A stretch of DNA of 64,000 nt. Source: an uncultured Clostridia bacterium (GTDB taxonomy: Bacteria > Bacillota > Clostridia > Oscillospirales > CAG-272). The position numbers were made by a program, and so were the translations under genes. The stretch is taken from positions 1,987-65,986 of the forward strand of contig CALWJW010000001.1 in NCBI GenBank assembly GCA_944381095.1. Direction: 5' to 3'. Each line of letters opens with the position of its first letter. Position 1 is the stretch's first letter. Below the pieces are notes generated by a model that saw only the letters and a list, made by a program, of their open reading frames with translations, searched no databases and had not been told where the DNA came from. Below, in pieces: positions 59,300 through 64,000 of the stretch.

Positions 59300-61186
59300 A
59301 TGATAAATGAAGCTTGCAGGATATACAGCGCAAAGGAACTTGAAGAGATAAATGCTGACGATTATCTTGCAGTGAACAGAGTACATGAGATAAATGAGGA
59401 GGAGATTTTAACTGCCGTAACAGAAAAACAGAACGATAGCTCAGGCGAGGATGTAACTGAAAATGCCGAGAGCATAAACGAAGCAGAAAATCCGAAAAAA
59501 AAGCAGGAAAAGAAAGAAGACGGCAATTATAAGATAGCAGGATACGCGGTCGTTGAGGAGTACGATCCGGAAAGTGACCAGAAGAGAATAGCTTACCGCC
59601 TCAGAATGGAAAGGGAAGCGAGAGCGTTGGCACGGCAAAAGCAGGAAGAAACTCCTGTAATAACACCTCAGGAAACAAAAATTGATATAGACCAGACACC
59701 AATCAGCTGTTACAGAAACAAGAGGTGGATGATCAAAGTTTTTTCGGCGCTTTTTGGGGTGTTCATACTGCCGTTTATAGCAATAGCGGTTATGTGTTTC
59801 GGATTTCCGACATATAACGAAACTTTCGTCGGAGAGCTGGGCGATAAGTTCGACAGACTTAATAGTTTTGATGAGCCGAAAATAATTGTCGTAGGCGGAA
59901 GCTCGGTAGCTTTCGGACTTGACAGTTCGCTTATACAGCAGGAGTTAGGTTATAAGGTGATCAACTTCGGGCTTTATGCGGATCTCGGTACAAAAATGAT
60001 GATGGATCTGTCAAAAAGCAATATAGGAGAAGGAGATATTATAATACTTGCTCCGGAGATGAACAGTCAGACATTGTCGCTTTATTTCAACGGTGAGACA
60101 GCGCTTCAGGCGCTTGACGGAAACTGGCATATGCTTTTTGATATAGCAAGTGAAGATTACGGTTCGCTCATCGGAGCGTCACTGAAATTTGCGCAGAACA
60201 AATTGAATTATCTGATAAGCGGTACTGTTCCGGAAAATGAAGGAGCGTATAGGAAAGAGAATTTCAACGGATTCGGTGACAATATTTATGACAGACCTTA
60301 CAATGTAATGACAGGAGTTCAGAATGTAATAACACTGAATTTCAATGCGAATTTTTCCGACAGCAGGACTACTGATTACGAAGAATATATCGACTACGTA
60401 AACAAATATGTTCATTTTGCCGAGCGGAAGGGGGCAACAGTATATTTCAGCTTTTGTCCGATGAACGCAGCGGCAATGTCAGTTGAAAATTCAGAAAGAT
60501 CGATAAATTCATTTTACGATAATCTGTGTGAAAACCTTGAATGCAAAGTAATAAGTAATGTGTATGACTATATACTTGACGAAGGATATTTCTTTGACAG
60601 TGAATTTCATCTTAACAACGCCGGAGTGACGGTAAGAACGGTAAGACTTATTGACGATATCAAGCGTCAGCTTGGAGATCAGACGATAACGATTCCGGAA
60701 CTTGAATTGCCAGAGCCTCCCGGATATAAACCTATTGAAGGTGCAGATGGTGAAGAGGGAACTGAAAACTTCTTGTTCGAGCTGATACAGATAGGAGAAA
60801 AGGAGTATTATCAGATAACCGGTTTGTCTGAAACAGGAAAACAGGCGGCTGAGCTGACTGTTCCGAATAACTATCAGGGAATTCCGGTTGTAAGGATAGC
60901 GAAAGACGCGTTCAGCGGTTGCACGAATCTGAAAACGCTGAATCTCGGCGAAAACATATCTTCAATTGTCGCATATGCGTTCAGAGGTTCATCAATCACA
61001 GCAGTTTACGTGCCTGACGGCAAAGGTCCTGACGATATATCAGTACCTAATTCGATGTCAGAAGCACTTGCAACCGAGGGAAGCGATCCGGCACTTAGAA
61101 TTTACGTTGACAGTAATTATTACAACTCATTTACGGCTGACTACTTCTGGGGAGATTACGCTGCTTGTTTAGCCCCGAAGAGCTGA
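59300..61186 (+). CDS. membrane-anchored DltD/AlgX-like (SGNH-like) protein with C-terminal BspA-type LRR; start uncertain or possibly disrupted
   Basis: 628 aa from ATG 59300, which has no SD. It has an acidic N-region, a TM helix WMIKVFSALFGVFILPFIAIAVMCFGF, then PKIIVVGGSSVAFG...APEMNS...DSEFH, and the LRR LTVPNNYQGIPVVRIAKDAFSGCTNLKTLNL. It is a paralogue of the C-terminal domain of 54844..57084. Confidence 0.7.
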   Translation: MINEACRIYSAKELEEINADDYLAVNRVHEINEEEILTAVTEKQNDSSGEDVTENAESINEAENPKKKQEKKEDGNYKIAGYAVVEEYDPESDQKRIAYRLRMEREARALARQKQEETPVITPQETKIDIDQTPISCYRNKRWMIKVFSALFGVFILPFIAIAVMCFGFPTYNETFVGELGDKFDRLNSFDEPKIIVVGGSSVAFGLDSSLIQQELGYKVINFGLYADLGTKMMMDLSKSNIGEGDIIILAPEMNSQTLSLYFNGETALQALDGNWHMLFDIASEDYGSLIGASLKFAQNKLNYLISGTVPENEGAYRKENFNGFGDNIYDRPYNVMTGVQNVITLNFNANFSDSRTTDYEEYIDYVNKYVHFAERKGATVYFSFCPMNAAAMSVENSERSINSFYDNLCENLECKVISNVYDYILDEGYFFDSEFHLNNAGVTVRTVRLIDDIKRQLGDQTITIPELELPEPPGYKPIEGADGEEGTENFLFELIQIGEKEYYQITGLSETGKQAAELTVPNNYQGIPVVRIAKDAFSGCTNLKTLNLGENISSIVAYAFRGSSITAVYVPDGKGPDDISVPNSMSEALATEGSDPALRIYVDSNYYNSFTADYFWGDYAACLAPKS

Positions 61187-61197
61187 ATAAACTGACA

Positions 61198-61234
61198 GAA
61201 TTCCCTTTGCAAATTTTTGCAAAGGGAATTTTTC
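61198..61234 (+). terminator. intrinsic terminator of the MBOAT module
   Basis: A ~15-bp stem GAATTCCCTTTGCAA / TTGCAAAGGGAATT followed by TTTTT. Confidence 0.85.
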
Positions 61235-61595
61235 AAGGCGAAGCAATTTGTGTGCTTTGATTAAATGTTCGATATTAAAGCTTTTGTTTGGTCAGTTGAA
61301 GGGCAAAAAATACAAAGCAAAATGAAAAAATAACGCCATCACAAGAAAACAGTTGTCAAGGCAATCTGCAAATTCTCAATCAAGAGTAAACAATTCAAAA
61401 CATAAAAACTCCACACAACAAAGCAGACGCCAAGTCGATCTGAGCTCTCGTTCAAGAATAAAGTGTTGTTAACGTAAAATGTAAAACAAACGCGATATGT
61501 GATTTTTAAGTATATTCAAAAATCTTTCTGATTAAATACAAAACCAAAAACAGGTGACAGAAGGATAGATATTATCCGGAAAGACCGGGGGAAAA

Positions 61596-63479
61596 ATGAT
61601 AAAAAAAATAAATGATTTACTCAGCGGCATAACTGCTACTGTCATAGGCGGTATTTTCCTGGTAATCAGTTTTATACTCAGCAGGACTGAAATATCTTTA
61701 CCGGTCGACCCGGCATGGATAACTGTTATAATCAGCGGAGTGCCGCTTCTGTATCTTGCGGTTTGGAGAATAATATATAACCCGGGTATCAGCAAGATTT
61801 CATCGGCATTGCTCATAACTGTGGCGATGATCGCGGCGATAATAATCGGTGATCTGTTTGCCGCAGGAGAAGTGGCGTTCATAATGGCTATTGGTGCAAT
61901 TCTCGAAGATATGACGACAAACAGAGCAAAAAAAGGGTTAAGCAAGCTGATAAATCTGGCGCCGACAGAGGGAAGGCGGATTTCCGACGGCAAGGAAGAA
62001 ATGGTGAAAGCCGCGGATATAAAAAAAGGCGATGTGATACGTATCCTGCCCGGAGAGACAATACCGGCTGACGGTAAAGTAATAAGCGGTGAAACTTCTG
62101 TTGATCAGTCTGTAATGACCGGTGAATCGTTGCCTGTCGATAAAAGCAAAGGCGATGAGGTTTATAGCGGAACTATTAACAGATTCGGAGCGATCGACAT
62201 ATCTGTGACAAGGTCCGGACAGGACAGTTCGCTTCAAAGGCTGATAAAATTGGTGGAAGAGGCGGAAAACCGCAAGGCGCCAATGGCAAGAACGGCTGAC
62301 AGAGCTGCAAGCTGGCTTGTGCCTGCGGCGTTGATAATAGCGATAGCGGCAGGGATAATTACAAAAGATATAGTAAGAGCAGTCACCGTGCTTGTGGTAT
62401 TTTGTCCGTGCGCTCTTGTACTGGCGACTCCGACAGCGATAATGGCAGCGATAGGTCAGGCGACAAAGCACGGAGTAATTGTAAAGTCAGGCGAAGCGCT
62501 TGAAAAAATGGGCAAGGTAAACACAGTTACGTTTGATAAAACAGGTACGCTGACATATGGCAGACTTGAAGTTAGTGACATTATAAGCTTTGATCAATCG
62601 GTAAATGAGGAAGGAATACTTATACTGGCAGCTTCCGCCGAATCAAAAAGTGAACATCCTTTGGGCAAGGCGATAGTTTCCTGTGCAAATGAAAGAGGCC
62701 TGTTGATCTGTGATTGCGATGATTTTTCCATGCAGGCAGGAAAGGGAATAAAGGCGTCTGTGAATGGCAGAAATGTGATTTGCGGGAATGAGCAATTTTT
62801 GTCCGAAAACGGTATAAAAACAGCAGCTAAAAAGCAGAAAGCCGAATGTTATACAATGCAGGGAAAAGCGTTGGTGTATGTAGCTGAATCCGGGAAATGC
62901 ATAGGTGCAGTTACGCTTGCCGATAAAATAAGACCTGAAACTGCAAAAGTAATAGCTGAAATAAAGAGCATGGGTGCAGATTCAGTGCTTCTTACAGGCG
63001 ACAATAAAAGGACTGCGGAATATTTTGCTGAAAAATCGGGTATAACTGAGGTTTATTCGGAATTATTGCCGGAAAACAAACAACAGATAATAATAAAGTT
63101 GCAGTCCGAAAACAGGACGGTCTGTATGATAGGGGATGGTGTAAATGACGCACCGGCATTGAAGACCGCAGATGTAGGAGTGGCAATGGGAAGCATGGGA
63201 AGCGATATAGCAGTGGAAGCGGCGGATATAGCCCTGATGAGCGACGATATAACAAAGATACCGTATCTGAAAAGGCTGTCTGACGCCACAGTCGGAACAA
63301 TAAAGGCGAGCATAACGCTTTCCATGTGTATAAATCTGGTCGCAGTAGTGCTATCGGTAGCCGGTATACTCAATCCTACCACCGGAGCACTGGTACATAA
63401 CGCCGGCTCATGTTTTGTAATACTGATAGCAGCTTTGCTTTACGACAGAAAATTTGACAAAACGAGCAAAAAGCAATAG
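61596..63479 (+). CDS. heavy-metal translocating P1B-type ATPase (Cd/Zn/Co-type), no N-terminal HMA domain
   Basis: 627 aa with TGESLPV, the CPC motif in VFCPCALVLATP, DKTGTLT and GDGVNDAPAL. It begins directly with TM helices. Confidence 0.9.
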   Translation: MIKKINDLLSGITATVIGGIFLVISFILSRTEISLPVDPAWITVIISGVPLLYLAVWRIIYNPGISKISSALLITVAMIAAIIIGDLFAAGEVAFIMAIGAILEDMTTNRAKKGLSKLINLAPTEGRRISDGKEEMVKAADIKKGDVIRILPGETIPADGKVISGETSVDQSVMTGESLPVDKSKGDEVYSGTINRFGAIDISVTRSGQDSSLQRLIKLVEEAENRKAPMARTADRAASWLVPAALIIAIAAGIITKDIVRAVTVLVVFCPCALVLATPTAIMAAIGQATKHGVIVKSGEALEKMGKVNTVTFDKTGTLTYGRLEVSDIISFDQSVNEEGILILAASAESKSEHPLGKAIVSCANERGLLICDCDDFSMQAGKGIKASVNGRNVICGNEQFLSENGIKTAAKKQKAECYTMQGKALVYVAESGKCIGAVTLADKIRPETAKVIAEIKSMGADSVLLTGDNKRTAEYFAEKSGITEVYSELLPENKQQIIIKLQSENRTVCMIGDGVNDAPALKTADVGVAMGSMGSDIAVEAADIALMSDDITKIPYLKRLSDATVGTIKASITLSMCINLVAVVLSVAGILNPTTGALVHNAGSCFVILIAALLYDRKFDKTSKKQ

Positions 63480-63673
63480 CACTATTTTTCTTGTGATACC
63501 GGAATTTTTCTGCAAAAAAGTTTATGCACAGACAAGTCAGTTTTTAATCAAACATAGCAACTGAATGTATTTATGGGAAAAAAGCTTAATCTTTTCCGGA
63601 ATTCCTTTTCAGGAAGAACAAGCATAATAGAAATAAGTCGTGATAAATACACTATTTAAGAAAGTACATCGTG

Positions 63674-63702
63674 TTGACTTAAATCACGGAATGTTGTACA
63701 AT
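63674..63702 (+). promoter_or_regulatory. candidate promoter of the last gene
   Basis: TTGACT, a 17-nt spacer, TACAAT. Confidence 0.55.
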
Positions 63703-63739
63703 ATCAGCGGGGAACACCGGAAAAACCGGTTAGTGAATT

Positions 63740-64000
63740 ATGGAAAAAATTGAAGTAATACGTTCTGACCGCAAGACCATATCAGTGGAAATCAGACGTG
63801 ACCTCAGAATTATAGTGAGGGCACCGCTTAAAATGAAAGATAAAGCGGTAAAAGAGTTTGTGAAAGACAAATATAAATGGATAGAGAGTCACCTGGAAAA
63901 GATGAGAGCCCGGATTGAAGCAAAAAGACTTGAAGATCCGGTTGAACCTTTCACAGACACTGAGCTTGAGGAGCTGACTGCAAGAGCACGCAAAATCATA
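63740..64000 (+). CDS. YgjP-like M48/SprT-family metallopeptidase (DUF45), N-terminal part only
   Basis: The frame is open from ATG 63740 to the window end (87 codons). MEKIEVIRSDRKTISVEIRRDLRIIVRAPLKMKDKAVKEFVKDKYKWIESHL matches the YgjP N-terminal pattern. It is not in the ORF track because it has no stop. Confidence 0.65.
   Translation, partial: MEKIEVIRSDRKTISVEIRRDLRIIVRAPLKMKDKAVKEFVKDKYKWIESHLEKMRARIEAKRLEDPVEPFTDTELEELTARARKII

Noticed and set aside
61235-61595. A metal riboswitch (czcD/NiCo-like) or an ArsR-type operator upstream of the P-type ATPase.
   Set aside because: The spacer is AT-rich with no multi-stem GC-supported structure that I can fold by eye. Only a short palindrome is present. 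This would need a covariance-model scan to exclude formally.

Overview
This looks like a chromosomal segment of a mid-GC Firmicute. Clostridia-type gene order, strong GGAGG-type Shine-Dalgarno sites and sigma-A consensus promoters support that, but the taxon is an inference. I support about 55 protein genes, 2 tRNAs, one CIRCE operator and a set of promoters and terminators. The housekeeping core is putP, tRNA-His/Arg, miaB-mutS-mutL-tgt, hpf, azlCD, fba, ylxM-ffh-rpsP-KH, hrcA-grpE-dnaK, ruvX, rbsK, trmK, smpB, nfeD-floA and a P-type metal ATPase. Interleaved with it are cell-envelope glycan loci. One is a GDP-mannose / GT4 / Wzm-Wzt / ligase-like operon (46.2-54.5 kb). A second is a physically separate coiled-coil methyltransferase + 2 GT operon placed back-to-back with a GH92 mannosidase (27.5-33.5 kb). 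The most unusual is an MBOAT-centred O-acylation module (54.8-61.2 kb). It has two paralogous DltD/AlgX-like proteins fused to BspA-type LRRs in swapped domain order, and one of them is interrupted by a single in-frame TGA. Non-coding candidates worth follow-up: a ~180-bp element bounded by 22-bp inverted repeats upstream of ruvX; a consensus promoter abutting a 13-14-bp hairpin in the azlD-hpf spacer; a gene-free 666-bp convergent spacer with repeated SD-like units; and a perfect 24-nt tandem duplication in the putP leader. I saw no CRISPR array, rRNA, transposase, integrase or recognisable defence genes. All family assignments come from motif recognition by eye, with no database search.
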